DNA of 64,000 nucleotides from a virus: positions 4,110-68,109 of the IMG/VR virus record IMGVR_UViG_3300006920_000004; one strand, given 5' to 3'. A program made the position numbers and the translations under genes. Below, one piece after another: positions 8,497 through 18,322 of the stretch. Numbering within the stretch: position 1 is the stretch's first letter; each line of letters opens with the position of its first letter. The notes below the pieces were generated by a model, which was not told where the DNA came from, did no database searches, and worked only from the letters and a program-made list of their open reading frames with translations.

Positions 8497-8907
8497 ATGG
8501 GAAAGCAAAAAGAATACCCTAATTTAATTAAATTACAACAGAAACCCGAAGTTGCTCATATTGAAAAGAAACAAGGGGTTTATCGAATTATATACAACGA
8601 TGGCACTTACTATGTAGGTTCATGTGGAAACTTAAACAGTCGAGCATCAAATTATATGTGCGTTAGGCAATCTAAACACGCTTCTGGAGGATTAAAGAAG
8701 TTATTACAAGTTGGAGGGGTATTTGGTGTTATTGAGTATGCCCCTTATCTTAATAAAGCGGATTTACTCTTATTAGAACGTGAAGAAGTAATTAAAGATG
8801 GCAATAAGACTATAAATAGGAGTTGCCCTGCTTGTAGAAGAAAGATTACAACTTGTAATTGTTGTGATAACTATAAAGGAATTACTAAGATGATTGTCTT
8901 CTTATAG
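8497..8907 (+). CDS. GIY-YIG family endonuclease
   Basis: GVYRI...YYVGS..NL.SR, conserved E (LLERE); Cys-rich C-terminus. Confidence 0.75.
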   Translation: MGKQKEYPNLIKLQQKPEVAHIEKKQGVYRIIYNDGTYYVGSCGNLNSRASNYMCVRQSKHASGGLKKLLQVGGVFGVIEYAPYLNKADLLLLEREEVIKDGNKTINRSCPACRRKITTCNCCDNYKGITKMIVFL

Positions 8908-8924
8908 GATTTAATAAATAGAAA

Positions 8925-8952
8925 AAGGGAGTAAGTTGTTAGCTTCTCCCTT
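8925..8952. terminator. Probable bidirectional intrinsic terminator
   Basis: AAGGGAG...CTCCCTT hairpin between convergent genes. Confidence 0.55.
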
Positions 8953-9154
8953 CTTCCTTTATGCAAGAATAATATTATCTGACGTTATCACGTCATCTAT
9001 TATTATTCTTTATTTCTCCTAAATTGTTCTAAACCAAATTCTAAAATACTTTTTTTTAGTTTCAATGTTTATAATTGATTTTACATCTATATCTCTAAAA
9101 AATAACTCTAGTCTTATATCCCAATAATTTTCTACATCAATATAATCAACCATA

Positions 9155-9430
9155 TTATTTCTTTTTAAATTGTTCAATTAACCATTCTTTAAAACACCAA
9201 GCATCCTCATTGTTTGTATAAAGTCTATATTCTAACCATTTTTGCTCTATATCATTTTCCATTTCTTTGGCTTGTTCGCATTTCATTTTCAATATAGTTG
9301 TTGCTGTCAATATAGCATCAATTTCTTTTTTTAATGATTTGTCTTTTTTAGCTAAATCAATGTACATTTTTTGCTGTTGGTTAATTTCTTCTTCTAACCA
9401 TCCAACTGCCGTTATCTTTTTATTTTGCAT
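9155..9430 (-). CDS. Hypothetical phage protein
   Basis: Likely start MQNKKITAVGWL at 9430. Confidence 0.65.
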   Translation of the reverse strand: MQNKKITAVGWLEEEINQQQKMYIDLAKKDKSLKKEIDAILTATTILKMKCEQAKEMENDIEQKWLEYRLYTNNEDAWCFKEWLIEQFKKK

Positions 9431-10094
9431 ATTTATATATTGTTTGTAGTGATACGTTAATGCCATTATCTGCAAGTTTTTGTTTAATATCTTTCTTAGG
9501 TACACCATTTTGAGATAGTGACTGTACGAGAGTAAATCCTATGGGTGATTTCTTCTCATATACTCTGTGAGATGCTACATAAGCCATTTGTTTTTTAGCA
9601 GTTTCTCTGTTTTGTAACGCTCCATTACCGAGAGTAGATATAATTCTACCTGCTTTTGTGGTATATTCTCCATCAGCTGCTATTCTAGCTTTTATTACTT
9701 GTAATGCCTTAGAGGTTCTTTCGGAAATCATTTTACGTTCTCTTTCAGCTAACGAGGCAAAAATATGCAAAGTAAAGTTATCAACTTCCTTAAAGTCAGC
9801 GCAAATAAATTTAACTTTACTCTCCATTAAAGAACTAATAAAGTAAACATTCCTTGATAACCTGTCTAATTTAGCTACTACTAATGTTGCTCCATGTAAT
9901 TTACAAGTATCAATAGCTTCCATAAGCATAGGTCTGTTGTTTTTCTTACCTGATTCTACTTCTGTGAACGATTTAATTACAATTCCATTGTCGGTAATTT
10001 CCTTTACAGCTTTCTCTTGTGCTTCAAGCCCTAGTCCACTTCTACCTTGTTCTTGGGTACTAACCCTAAGGTAAATACAATATTTCTGTGTCAT
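9420..10094 (-). CDS. Small serine recombinase (resolvase/invertase)
   Basis: YLRVSTQEQ (catalytic Ser), E..SGK..NRP, VAKLDRLSR, AERER..ISERT, C-terminal HTH. Confidence 0.92.
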   Translation of the reverse strand: MTQKYCIYLRVSTQEQGRSGLGLEAQEKAVKEITDNGIVIKSFTEVESGKKNNRPMLMEAIDTCKLHGATLVVAKLDRLSRNVYFISSLMESKVKFICADFKEVDNFTLHIFASLAERERKMISERTSKALQVIKARIAADGEYTTKAGRIISTLGNGALQNRETAKKQMAYVASHRVYEKKSPIGFTLVQSLSQNGVPKKDIKQKLADNGINVSLQTIYKYAK

Positions 10095-10155
10095 AATTTG
10101 TTTGTTTTATTAGGCAAAGTTAAAAATGTAATATAGAATAACTAATTATATTTTT

Positions 10156-10344
10156 TTAATTCAATACTTTTATTATTTTCTCATCTCGGATAGCTTGTTC
10201 AAACTGTTCTCTTGTTCTTGAAAATAGCTTTCCTTTTACTACAAACTCTACTCTTGGGTTCTTTCCGTACCAGATGTCTTTTATTGTTAAATCGTAGCCA
10301 TCGCTTGTTTGGTAGTTTCCTTGTTGGTGTATTGTTACTTTCAT
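10156..10344 (-). CDS. Hypothetical protein
   Basis: 62-aa ORF. Confidence 0.6.
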   Translation of the reverse strand: MKVTIHQQGNYQTSDGYDLTIKDIWYGKNPRVEFVVKGKLFSRTREQFEQAIRDEKIIKVLN

Positions 10345-10348
10345 AATA

Positions 10349-10573
10349 TTAATCCATTTGTCTAAAGTTTATTTCCATACTTACTAATACTCCTTTTACA
10401 TCACGAATGTATTCATCAAAGAGTTCTATTGCTTCGTAATTACTTTGTCGGTACTCTTGGTGGGTTACTTTTCCGTTAGTTTCTTCTCTAAATTCGTAGT
10501 TTTCTTCATGTTTTTCAAGGAAGTACTCGTATCTGTTGTCGTAGGTTGTTATTGATAAATGTCTAATATTCAT
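10349..10573 (-). CDS. Hypothetical protein
   Basis: 74-aa ORF. Confidence 0.6.
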   Translation of the reverse strand: MNIRHLSITTYDNRYEYFLEKHEENYEFREETNGKVTHQEYRQSNYEAIELFDEYIRDVKGVLVSMEINFRQMD

Positions 10574-10592
10574 ATTTTTATGTTTGTTTTAT

Positions 10593-11477
10593 TTAAGAAT
10601 TTGCTGAATTGTAATTGTAAATATAGTTATCACAAGATTTTTTTGCATCATATTCGCTAGTAAAAGTGCCTAAATAAATTGATTTACCTTTTATGTATAT
10701 TCTAGCAGAATATTTTTTCTTTCCAACCTTGTAAACTCCTTTAAATTTAGATGTTTTTTGCTTTTTATTATAAACTATATCTTCAAATCTGTTTTCTAAA
10801 ATACATTTTAAAGCTGCTTCTTTCCCTAAGTAGGCTTCATATTCCGAGTTGTAGCGACCTATATGTAAAGTTTTCTTATTATGATATATGCTTGCTACCC
10901 ATTTATTATTATCTTTATCATAGCTAACACCCTTATAAACACTTGTTTTATTATACCCACATCTATTTATAATTTCGGCATTAGGATTTGATAGTACAGC
11001 CTGATAAGCATTGCTAGCATCAATCTCGTTAATAAACCCGCCTATAAACCTATACTCCCCACCTATATTTATTGAGGCTCTCCACTTCTTAGTGCTTTTA
11101 TTCCAAGTAACTCCTGTATATTTACTAGAATGAGGCTTACTTTTCAAACTTGTGTTTTCTCTTGTTGTTACTATTTCTAAATTTGAAACTCTATTATTGT
11201 GCTTATTAAAATCTTTATGATTTACAACTAAATCAAACCCGCATGGGGTATGCCCTAAAAATGCCATCGCTACTAATTGATGTCCACGAACCAATTTAGA
11301 CTTTCTGTACCCTGCCGCTAGACTATAACAAACATATTTTCCTTCTTTTGCATACCCTTTTAATAACGACCATCTTCCATATCTAAAACTTCTAACTCGC
11401 CCCTCTGAACTTACTTCATATTTTAAGTATCCAAAATCTATTGGACGCCATTCTTCTGTTTCTATCATATTACCCAA
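10593..11477 (-). CDS. NUMOD4-HNH endonuclease with three AP2-like domains
   Basis: EEWRPI..YEVSSEGRVRS; H.LVA.AF; VNHKDFNKHNNRVSNLE..T..EN; three S.Y/FKGV...KW.A.I repeats. Confidence 0.9.
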   Translation of the reverse strand: MGNMIETEEWRPIDFGYLKYEVSSEGRVRSFRYGRWSLLKGYAKEGKYVCYSLAAGYRKSKLVRGHQLVAMAFLGHTPCGFDLVVNHKDFNKHNNRVSNLEIVTTRENTSLKSKPHSSKYTGVTWNKSTKKWRASINIGGEYRFIGGFINEIDASNAYQAVLSNPNAEIINRCGYNKTSVYKGVSYDKDNNKWVASIYHNKKTLHIGRYNSEYEAYLGKEAALKCILENRFEDIVYNKKQKTSKFKGVYKVGKKKYSARIYIKGKSIYLGTFTSEYDAKKSCDNYIYNYNSANS

Positions 11478-11868
11478 TTATTTCTTGTACTATTTTAAAT
11501 CCCATAGTTGTAGCTAAATACTCTTTGCACTTCTCTTCAATTTCTTCTAAAATTTCATAAGAACTTTCTTGCTGACTCTCTATATGTTGAGGAGTTAAGT
11601 CTTTACTATTTTCAAACGCTTTATCTAGTATGGAAACTAAATAATCTTGCTCTATAAAAGCGTCCATAATTAACTTTACGGTTTTTTTGTTTAACATATT
11701 TTGATAGTATCGAATATACTCTGCGTTATGAGCAGCCGCTTTTAATACAGAATGGAACGCTACTAAAGCTACTCTAATATTGTTCATTCTTTTTTCTTTT
11801 TCTTCTGCACTTAAATTTCTAATTTCTAGTTTTGTTAGCGGTGCTTCTCTTTTTATTTTATTTTTCAT
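11470..11868 (-). CDS. Hypothetical protein
   Basis: 132-aa ORF. Confidence 0.7.
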   Translation of the reverse strand: MKNKIKREAPLTKLEIRNLSAEEKEKRMNNIRVALVAFHSVLKAAAHNAEYIRYYQNMLNKKTVKLIMDAFIEQDYLVSILDKAFENSKDLTPQHIESQQESSYEILEEIEEKCKEYLATTMGFKIVQEIIG

Positions 11869-11907
11869 GGTTTTTGTTTTCTAAAATTCTAATTGTTTTT
11901 GTAATAT

Positions 11908-13704
11908 TTAAAAAGGAGGTGTATATTCATCATTATCATCAAAGGTATTTTCGGTACTAGGGGCTATAAAATTGTATTGTACAGGTTTAACTTCTCTAAT
12001 TTTAGCTACAATACCATCTGTTGCAGATTCTTTTAGCCAACTAACATTCTCTTCGGTAGTACCTTCTATTGAATATCTTCCGCTTTGTTTGTCGTAAATT
12101 TGATTTACCGAACCTGTTTCGCCCCAATGATTAAACTTAACTTTTTGAACAAGAACAGTAGTAATATTAGTATCAAAGTTACGATAAACACAAATACCTA
12201 CATCGGCTTTATTATAAAAGTTAGCAGAACCAGCAATATCGTAAAGTGTAGGAACTTCATAGCGTAATCCATCAACTGTTTTACGCATTTTTGTAGGATG
12301 TGCCACTAAGAAGCAATGCACGTTATTTAATTCGCAGAAATCGGCTAATTTGTCTAATTGTTTTCCAATATATCCTGTTGAGTCTTCCTTATGTTCAAGC
12401 TTGTTCCAAGCATCTATTACAAAACAGTCAACTCCTTTTGTTAAAATAATTCTCTTGACACTTGCTAAAATACTGTCTAAAGTAAAGTCTTTTTCAGGTT
12501 TTATAAACCATATTTTGTCTTTAACGTATTCTTTTACAATATTCATTTCGTTAAATGTCATTCTGTTTACGCCATCCCACCATTTTCCTGTAAACAATCT
12601 TGCAAGTTTACTAAAATGTAATTTTGTAGGTTTATTTTCAGGAGAATAGTAAGCAATTTTCCATTTCTCGCTAATATTAAGCCTTACTAGCCAATCATCT
12701 AATAGTGAGGACTTCCCGTGAGAAGGCACGCCTGTAATTATTGTTAAATATCCTTTATGGAAACTAACTAGCTTATCAATTTCATCTATTCCAACCTTAG
12801 CACCGATAGGCAATCCATTGTGATAAAAGTCATCAATATCATCGCTTATGTCGGTTACAGTAAAAACTCCTTCTATTGGAAACTCAATTTTATTGGATAT
12901 AGCATCTAAAATACCTTTATATCCCTCTTTTTGTAAGCAGTCATTAGCATCTTTATAATCTCCAAAAACTACATAGTCACAATTTTCTTTTCCTAAACGT
13001 AATGACAAGTCTTCTCTTAACTTCCTACCTGCAATGTCATTATCTGTTGAAATGTGAAACCTCTTTATATGCGATATACGCTCATAACTATTGTCAAGGT
13101 ATAGTAAGTTATTACTTGACAAAGTTGCGCCATTAGGAACGCTTAAAACATTAACTATGCCCGATTGGTGTAAAGATAAGCAATCCATTTCTCCTTCAAC
13201 TATGTAACATTCGTCAAAATCTTTAACGCTATCTAAGTTAAAAAATATTAGTTCTGCATCTTTTGAAAGTTTAAAGTTCTTTTTAGCGTCACGATATTTT
13301 ACGTTTATTAGTTCGCCATTACGAAAGTAGGGGAACAAACAAGCGTTCATTTCTTTGCCTACTTGTGGCATCCACTCTAACTTATCAACTATTTTAAAAT
13401 GATTAATAGTTTCTTGGTTTATACCTCTGCCTTCAAACCACTTAACAAGGTTTTCACTAGCTCCCGTTTTGTTTATTGCTACTGGTTTTTTGTATTCTAC
13501 TTTTTGCATTTGTTGATAATCATTAGGTAATCCGCCTTTCCACCCACAATGAGCGCAGTTCCAAACTTTTTTGTCTAAGTTTACGCCTAAACATTTGTCT
13601 TTTTTCTTCTTTCTAGTGTGGCTACACTCTGGGCAAGTAGTAGTTATTTCTCCTGCTCTTTTGCCTTGTGGAATATCTATTCCGTAATCTGAAAATGTTT
13701 TCAT
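11908..13704 (-). CDS. Primase-helicase (T7 gp4/Twinkle type)
   Basis: CPEC/CAHC zinc finger, TOPRIM (VEGEMD, DND.AG, KDAND), Walker A GVPSHGKS, IDAWN, VAHP, KVKF. Confidence 0.93.
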   Translation of the reverse strand: MKTFSDYGIDIPQGKRAGEITTTCPECSHTRKKKKDKCLGVNLDKKVWNCAHCGWKGGLPNDYQQMQKVEYKKPVAINKTGASENLVKWFEGRGINQETINHFKIVDKLEWMPQVGKEMNACLFPYFRNGELINVKYRDAKKNFKLSKDAELIFFNLDSVKDFDECYIVEGEMDCLSLHQSGIVNVLSVPNGATLSSNNLLYLDNSYERISHIKRFHISTDNDIAGRKLREDLSLRLGKENCDYVVFGDYKDANDCLQKEGYKGILDAISNKIEFPIEGVFTVTDISDDIDDFYHNGLPIGAKVGIDEIDKLVSFHKGYLTIITGVPSHGKSSLLDDWLVRLNISEKWKIAYYSPENKPTKLHFSKLARLFTGKWWDGVNRMTFNEMNIVKEYVKDKIWFIKPEKDFTLDSILASVKRIILTKGVDCFVIDAWNKLEHKEDSTGYIGKQLDKLADFCELNNVHCFLVAHPTKMRKTVDGLRYEVPTLYDIAGSANFYNKADVGICVYRNFDTNITTVLVQKVKFNHWGETGSVNQIYDKQSGRYSIEGTTEENVSWLKESATDGIVAKIREVKPVQYNFIAPSTENTFDDNDEYTPPF

Positions 13705-14039
13705 CGTGGGAATATAGATACGTTTTTAGCGTTATTCTTTTTTAGCCAATACATTAAACTTGGCATATCGTTATACTGTGGTTGTTCGGTGTTATTAAAC
13801 TTTTGCATAATACCATCTAAAATTATTTGCTGTAATTCGCCAAGAGTAAGTTTAGGGTATTCGTTTTTAATAAAACTAGCTGCAACAATTATTTGCTCTC
13901 CCGTACTATTGTTGTTTCTGATTGAATTAAGCAGCGTAACAGCTTGTGCTACCTCATTTATTGTTGAGGAACATAATTGCTTGTTGTTGTCCAATTGCGC
14001 TAATATCGCTTGTTTCTGTGTTGTTTCTAATGATTTCAT
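13701..14039 (-). CDS. Hypothetical protein, possible helicase loader/inhibitor
   Basis: Position between initiator and helicase; function inferred from synteny only. Confidence 0.5.
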   Translation of the reverse strand: MKSLETTQKQAILAQLDNNKQLCSSTINEVAQAVTLLNSIRNNNSTGEQIIVAASFIKNEYPKLTLGELQQIILDGIMQKFNNTEQPQYNDMPSLMYWLKKNNAKNVSIFPR

Positions 14040-14703
14040 TTGTCCAAGATTTGTTGTTAAAAAATGTTAAAGGGTTTTTTCTATATTTTTTTTCGGGAGT
14101 AGATTTTAAATAGTCTGGCAAGTAATTTATTATTTTCTCTTTATCTGCTTGTGAAATATTATTCCACGCTTTCTCTGATTTAGGTCTATCTATTTTTTTA
14201 TCATAGGCAGTCCAAAAATCTTCAAAAGTTGGATAAACATCTAAATCTATATGTTTACTTGTTTTTTGTTTATTATCTTCTTCTTTACTTAGTAGTTGCT
14301 TGTTATCCATGTGTGGTTCATCCGTTGACGGTTCAACCGTGCATGGATAACAAGTACGTGGTTCAGTCGTAGATTTAAAAAAAGGTTGCGGATTTTCAGT
14401 ATGTGGTTCACCGTTAAAAGGCACGTCATATACTATATGGTTGTATTCAAAAATTCCTAAACTATTCTGTTTTTTTAAAGATAAAATATAACCACTTTCT
14501 TGTAGTTCTTTAAATACAGTGTTTAATTTATCCTTTCCTACACCAATCCTTTTATATAGCTGCGTTTTGTATATCACCCAATTATGGGGTAACGACAGTA
14601 AATGGCAGAGAAGCCCTATTGCCTCTAATGACAGTCCAATTTTTAATACCTCATTAGAAAGTACTAAATAATTAGATGCGTGCTTTGATTTAACTATACT
14701 CAT
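13954..14703 (-). CDS. Phage replication initiator/replisome organizer
   Basis: N-terminal wHTH (LSLEAIGLL...KELQESGYI), EP-repeat linker, C-terminal FEDFW.AY.KK...KNPLTFFN..SW. Confidence 0.8.
   Translation of the reverse strand: MSIVKSKHASNYLVLSNEVLKIGLSLEAIGLLCHLLSLPHNWVIYKTQLYKRIGVGKDKLNTVFKELQESGYILSLKKQNSLGIFEYNHIVYDVPFNGEPHTENPQPFFKSTTEPRTCYPCTVEPSTDEPHMDNKQLLSKEEDNKQKTSKHIDLDVYPTFEDFWTAYDKKIDRPKSEKAWNNISQADKEKIINYLPDYLKSTPEKKYRKNPLTFFNNKSWTNEIIRNNTETSDISAIGQQQAIMFLNNK
14312..14415. repeat. Iteron-like 15-bp-periodic repeats inside the initiator gene (candidate origin)
   Basis: GGTTCA at 14315, 14330, 14360, 14405 and a degenerate copy at 14345. Confidence 0.55.
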
Positions 14704-14882
14704 TATTGTATATGGCTTGTTAGGGTATTAATTAATTTCTTTATATCTTCAGTATTAAGTTTTACCGAACATATTTTAGAAGGGAAGTAAGTGTCATCTT
14801 GAATAAAAATTAGAACGGTATTATTATCTGATTTTATTAGTTCTAATTTACTTTTTTTTGAAGTAAAAATTGATTTTGCCAT
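14703..14882 (-). CDS. Small hypothetical protein
   Basis: MAKSIFTSKK...; TAATG coupling to the initiator gene. Confidence 0.55.
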   Translation of the reverse strand: MAKSIFTSKKSKLELIKSDNNTVLIFIQDDTYFPSKICSVKLNTEDIKKLINTLTSHIQ

Positions 14883-14918
14883 AATTCTTTAAAATTTTAA
14901 ACTTTTAATTGGTAAAAA

Positions 14919-15062
14919 TTACTTTGACTTAATTAAAATAGTCTTTCCTAATTTAACTGCATCTAATGTCTTTCTTGAAATTGCTTGGTATATAGCTTGT
15001 ACGCTAACCCCTTTTTCTTTTGCGTATTCTAATACGCTTTTGTAATTATTTATGTTTTCCAT
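14919..15062 (-). CDS. 47-aa excisionase-like HTH DNA-binding protein
   Basis: MENINNYKSVLEYAKEKGVSVQAIYQAISRKTLDAVKLGKTILIKSK; leaderless promoter TACATTTG-N4-ATG. Confidence 0.7.
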   Translation of the reverse strand: MENINNYKSVLEYAKEKGVSVQAIYQAISRKTLDAVKLGKTILIKSK

Positions 15063-15251
15063 GTGGCAAATGTATATTTAATATTTTAAATAGCAAGTTT
15101 TATTTTAAAATTATTTATATTTTATATGATTACTAATACTTTATTTTTTTTAACCACCATTTTCTTCTCTACAAAAGTATAATACCTAATGGTATAATTA
15201 CATTAATTTAATTTAACTTGTTATTTAGTTAAATATCATTACTTTTGCGAT

Positions 15252-15446
15252 ATGAAAGATTACATATTGCGCTTTGAATTTTACGGAAGGAAGATGAGTA
15301 CAAAAGTAAGAGCATACAACATTAAAGATGCTAAACGTCAAGTAAATGACAGATTAAATTTCATTAGCATAGAAGATATTACAGAACCCGATTTCTCGGC
15401 AGATGATATGCTAAATAACATTAAGAACTTATTCGGATTTAAATAA
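15252..15446 (+). CDS. Hypothetical protein
   Basis: 64 aa; leaderless promoter TACTTTTG-N4-ATG. Confidence 0.75.
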   Translation: MKDYILRFEFYGRKMSTKVRAYNIKDAKRQVNDRLNFISIEDITEPDFSADDMLNNIKNLFGFK

Positions 15447-15457
15447 ACAAATAATAT

Positions 15458-16672
15458 ATGGCAAACAATGGAGTATCGAGGTGGGCGATTTACGAGGAAG
15501 CAATTAAAGATATTATTCTTGAAACTAATTTAGAATCAGACACCGAAATTGCAAGACAGGTTTGTCAGAAATTAAAGTTTACATTAGAGTTTAAGGAGTT
15601 AAGAGAATTTAGGAAGTATGTTTATAGAAATAAACGAAGAATATTAGACGACCATGAAGGAATTTACGATGCAACTAAAGGATTAGATGTAGACTTTGGA
15701 AATGTTAAACACATGTGGCTTAAAAACAAAACCGCAAGTTTATTTGTTAAGAATCCTAATTTTGTAAAGCAAGGCGAAACAGCACCTAAAGAAATTGATT
15801 TCTTGTCAATATTTAAGGATAAAATAGAACCAATTAACTTATCTCCTACACCAAGTAAAATAAATGGTTTTGATAGGTTTATTTATACCGATGTCCACGT
15901 TGGAATGTGTGTTGATAAAGATGGTTTTGCATTATACGAAGGTAAGTGGGACGAGGAGGAGTTAAACATAAGACTTAAAATAGCTATTGATTGGATATTG
16001 AACCATAAAAAGTTTAATACATTGTTTATCAGCGATTTAGGTGATTATATGGACGGATTTGATGGACTTACAGTAAGAAGAGAACACCATTTACCGCAGA
16101 ATATGGATAATCAAACTGCCTTTGATGTTGGATTGAGGTTTAAAATTAAAATGATAGATAGTTTAATTCCTTATTACGATAAAATTGTTTGCAATAATAT
16201 TACGGATGACAATCATTCTGGCTCTTTTTCCTATATTGTTAATTCAGCATTTAAGGCTTACATTGAACTAAAGTACCCTAATGCTGTAACAGTAAACATA
16301 CAGCGTAAGTTCATGGATTACTATATGGTTATGGATAAATTCTGTATAATTGAGTGTCATGGAAAAGATGGTGGGACTATGAAGTTTGGTTTAAAACCGC
16401 AAATAAATGACAAAATTATCAAGACTATATCACATTTTATTGACCAAAATTATTTATCTAAAAAAGGAGTTATAATAGAATTTGACAAAGGAGATAGCCA
16501 TCAATCGCTTATAGATAAGTCTTGCAGTACAAAGTTTCAGTATCATAACTTTCCAAGCTTTGCTCCTCCAAGTAACTGGGTTAAAACTAATTTTCAGAAT
16601 AGTATGAGTGGCTTTACCTTTAGGAACTATTATACCAATGGACAAGTTAGTAATCACGATTATATCTTTTAA
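15458..16672 (+). CDS. Calcineurin-like metallophosphoesterase/nuclease
   Basis: TDVHVG, LGDYMDG, DNH, CHG, GDSH motifs. Confidence 0.85.
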   Translation: MANNGVSRWAIYEEAIKDIILETNLESDTEIARQVCQKLKFTLEFKELREFRKYVYRNKRRILDDHEGIYDATKGLDVDFGNVKHMWLKNKTASLFVKNPNFVKQGETAPKEIDFLSIFKDKIEPINLSPTPSKINGFDRFIYTDVHVGMCVDKDGFALYEGKWDEEELNIRLKIAIDWILNHKKFNTLFISDLGDYMDGFDGLTVRREHHLPQNMDNQTAFDVGLRFKIKMIDSLIPYYDKIVCNNITDDNHSGSFSYIVNSAFKAYIELKYPNAVTVNIQRKFMDYYMVMDKFCIIECHGKDGGTMKFGLKPQINDKIIKTISHFIDQNYLSKKGVIIEFDKGDSHQSLIDKSCSTKFQYHNFPSFAPPSNWVKTNFQNSMSGFTFRNYYTNGQVSNHDYIF

Positions 16673-16675
16673 TCT

Positions 16676-17032
16676 ATGATTATTCCATCCTCCTTTAATA
16701 TGTTTGGACACACAATAACTGTAAAGTACGATAACAAGTATTGTGCAGAAAACGAGTGTTATGGTGAATTTATATATTGGGAAAACACTATTGTACTAGC
16801 AAATAAATACAAAACAGAAAAAACTTGGAGGAAATATAAAGAATCTATAATTGAACATACTTTTTATCATGAATTAGGGCATTGTGTATTATATTATACA
16901 GGCTATGCTGATTTATGGTTAGATGAAAAATTAGTAGATTTAATAGGTGCGCTATATCATCAATACGAAATAAGTAAAACAATAGAAACGAATGGAAAAC
17001 GAAAAAGAAAAAGTAGAAGTAACCAGATTTGA
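16676..17032 (+). CDS. HExxH zinc metallopeptidase-like protein
   Basis: TFYHELGHC followed by DE. Confidence 0.65.
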   Translation: MIIPSSFNMFGHTITVKYDNKYCAENECYGEFIYWENTIVLANKYKTEKTWRKYKESIIEHTFYHELGHCVLYYTGYADLWLDEKLVDLIGALYHQYEISKTIETNGKRKRKSRSNQI

Positions 17033-17165
17033 GATTATAAATCATGCAGATAATGATAAGCCTATTGGTAGATTATTAACTATGAAAAAAATATATGGAG
17101 ATTTTCAATAAGTAGAGGTTCAATATCAAGATGGTGGTAAGACTATTAAAGTATTCTTGAGGTAG
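16992..17165 (+). pseudogene. Small phage gene with an in-frame TAA
   Basis: MENEKEKVEVTRFEIINH...GDFQ*VEVQYQDGGKTIKVFLR; TAA at 17109-17111. Confidence 0.5.
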
Positions 17166-17170
17166 TTATT

Positions 17171-17389
17171 ATGATAGAAGCTAAAGAAAAAGCATTAGAA
17201 ATATTTAACGAGCATTATTTTTACTTGAGAGCGAATCTAATGCACGATGAAGATGCTAAAGAAGATGCAATAGAATGTGCTTTAATTACAGTAAATAGAA
17301 TCTGGAAAGAATTAGAAAACGAAAGAGTATTTGAAATGTACGATTACTGGCAAGAAGTTAAGAACGCACTAGAAAATATATATATTTAG
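17171..17389 (+). CDS. Hypothetical protein
   Basis: 72-aa ORF. Confidence 0.7.
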   Translation: MIEAKEKALEIFNEHYFYLRANLMHDEDAKEDAIECALITVNRIWKELENERVFEMYDYWQEVKNALENIYI

Positions 17390-17436
17390 GTATTTTAGTA
17401 AGCACATCAGTTCAAAACTGACATCTGAAATATAAA

Positions 17437-17476
17437 TCATAATTACTAATTAAAAAGATTTAATTAGTAATTATGA
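17437..17476. repeat. Perfect 18-bp inverted repeat overlapping a promoter -33 element
   Basis: TCATAATTACTAATTAAA-AAGA-TTTAATTAGTAATTATGA. Confidence 0.85.
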
Positions 17477-17498
17477 ATTATATTTTTATTTTTGTGAT

Positions 17499-17588
17499 AT
17501 GAAATTAATACTAATAACAATAATTATATGGGAAATAGTTAAAAACTATGTTCCTAAATTGTTTCATTATTTTTTAAATAAAATGTAA
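17499..17588 (+). CDS. 29-aa leaderless membrane peptide
   Basis: TATTTTTG-N4-ATG; MKLILITIIIWEIVKNYVPKLFHYFLNKM. Confidence 0.5.
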   Translation: MKLILITIIIWEIVKNYVPKLFHYFLNKM

Positions 17589-17589
17589 C

Positions 17590-17955
17590 ATGACACGCAA
17601 AGAAACCATATTAACACTAAACAAAGAATATAGGCGCATCTGTAATGCTTATATAGAAGAGTTTGTGAAAAAGCAAAAGATTAGTTTTGACTATAATATG
17701 GCACAAGAATCAGGAAATACCGTAAGATACTTTGAGCAATATTATTTTAACGTACAAGATATTATATTTGATTTGACTAACAACTGCGCTAAAGGGTTAA
17801 TTTACAGGTGGCAACAATATAATATTAAGAACGATTGCCAATGGACTTATTCTCAATACTGCAAAGGGTTAAGAAAAAGACATAAACAAATAGAAAATAT
17901 TGAAGAACCTTGTCAAGTAACATTAACACACAATGGAGTAGTAATAAATAGATAA
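17590..17955 (+). CDS. Hypothetical protein
   Basis: 121-aa ORF. Confidence 0.7.
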   Translation: MTRKETILTLNKEYRRICNAYIEEFVKKQKISFDYNMAQESGNTVRYFEQYYFNVQDIIFDLTNNCAKGLIYRWQQYNIKNDCQWTYSQYCKGLRKRHKQIENIEEPCQVTLTHNGVVINR

Positions 17956-17971
17956 AAAAACAAATAAACAC

Positions 17972-18322
17972 ATGAAATCAAAACAAGAATTTAACACACA
18001 AGAAGAGTACAGAGAATATTTATTCCAGTACTATTGCCCAACTTGCTTACTATCTGTTAGCCAAAGTGCGCTAGGCGGAGTTAATCAGTACATTGCTGCT
18101 ACTAACTTAGCTAAAGACCTAGTAAATGCAGTAGCACCCTTAGAAATGGATATTCCGCACCCAATGAAAACAAGTAGAGAAGAAATTTTAGGAAGAATTA
18201 TTCCTCAACAAGAATTTGATAAAGTAGTAGAAGCTAATAGAAAGTGGTACGAACTACACAGAGGAACAGGGAGTAATAAAGTAGTAGTTACGAACCCAGA
18301 AGTTGAGGGAGATATGTCGTAA
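17972..18322 (+). CDS. Hypothetical protein
   Basis: 116-aa ORF. Confidence 0.7.
   Translation: MKSKQEFNTQEEYREYLFQYYCPTCLLSVSQSALGGVNQYIAATNLAKDLVNAVAPLEMDIPHPMKTSREEILGRIIPQQEFDKVVEANRKWYELHRGTGSNKVVVTNPEVEGDMS

Noticed and set aside
9420-10094. Serine recombinase as an integrase indicating lysogeny
   Set aside because: At 224 aa it lacks the recombinase and zinc-ribbon domains of large serine integrases.
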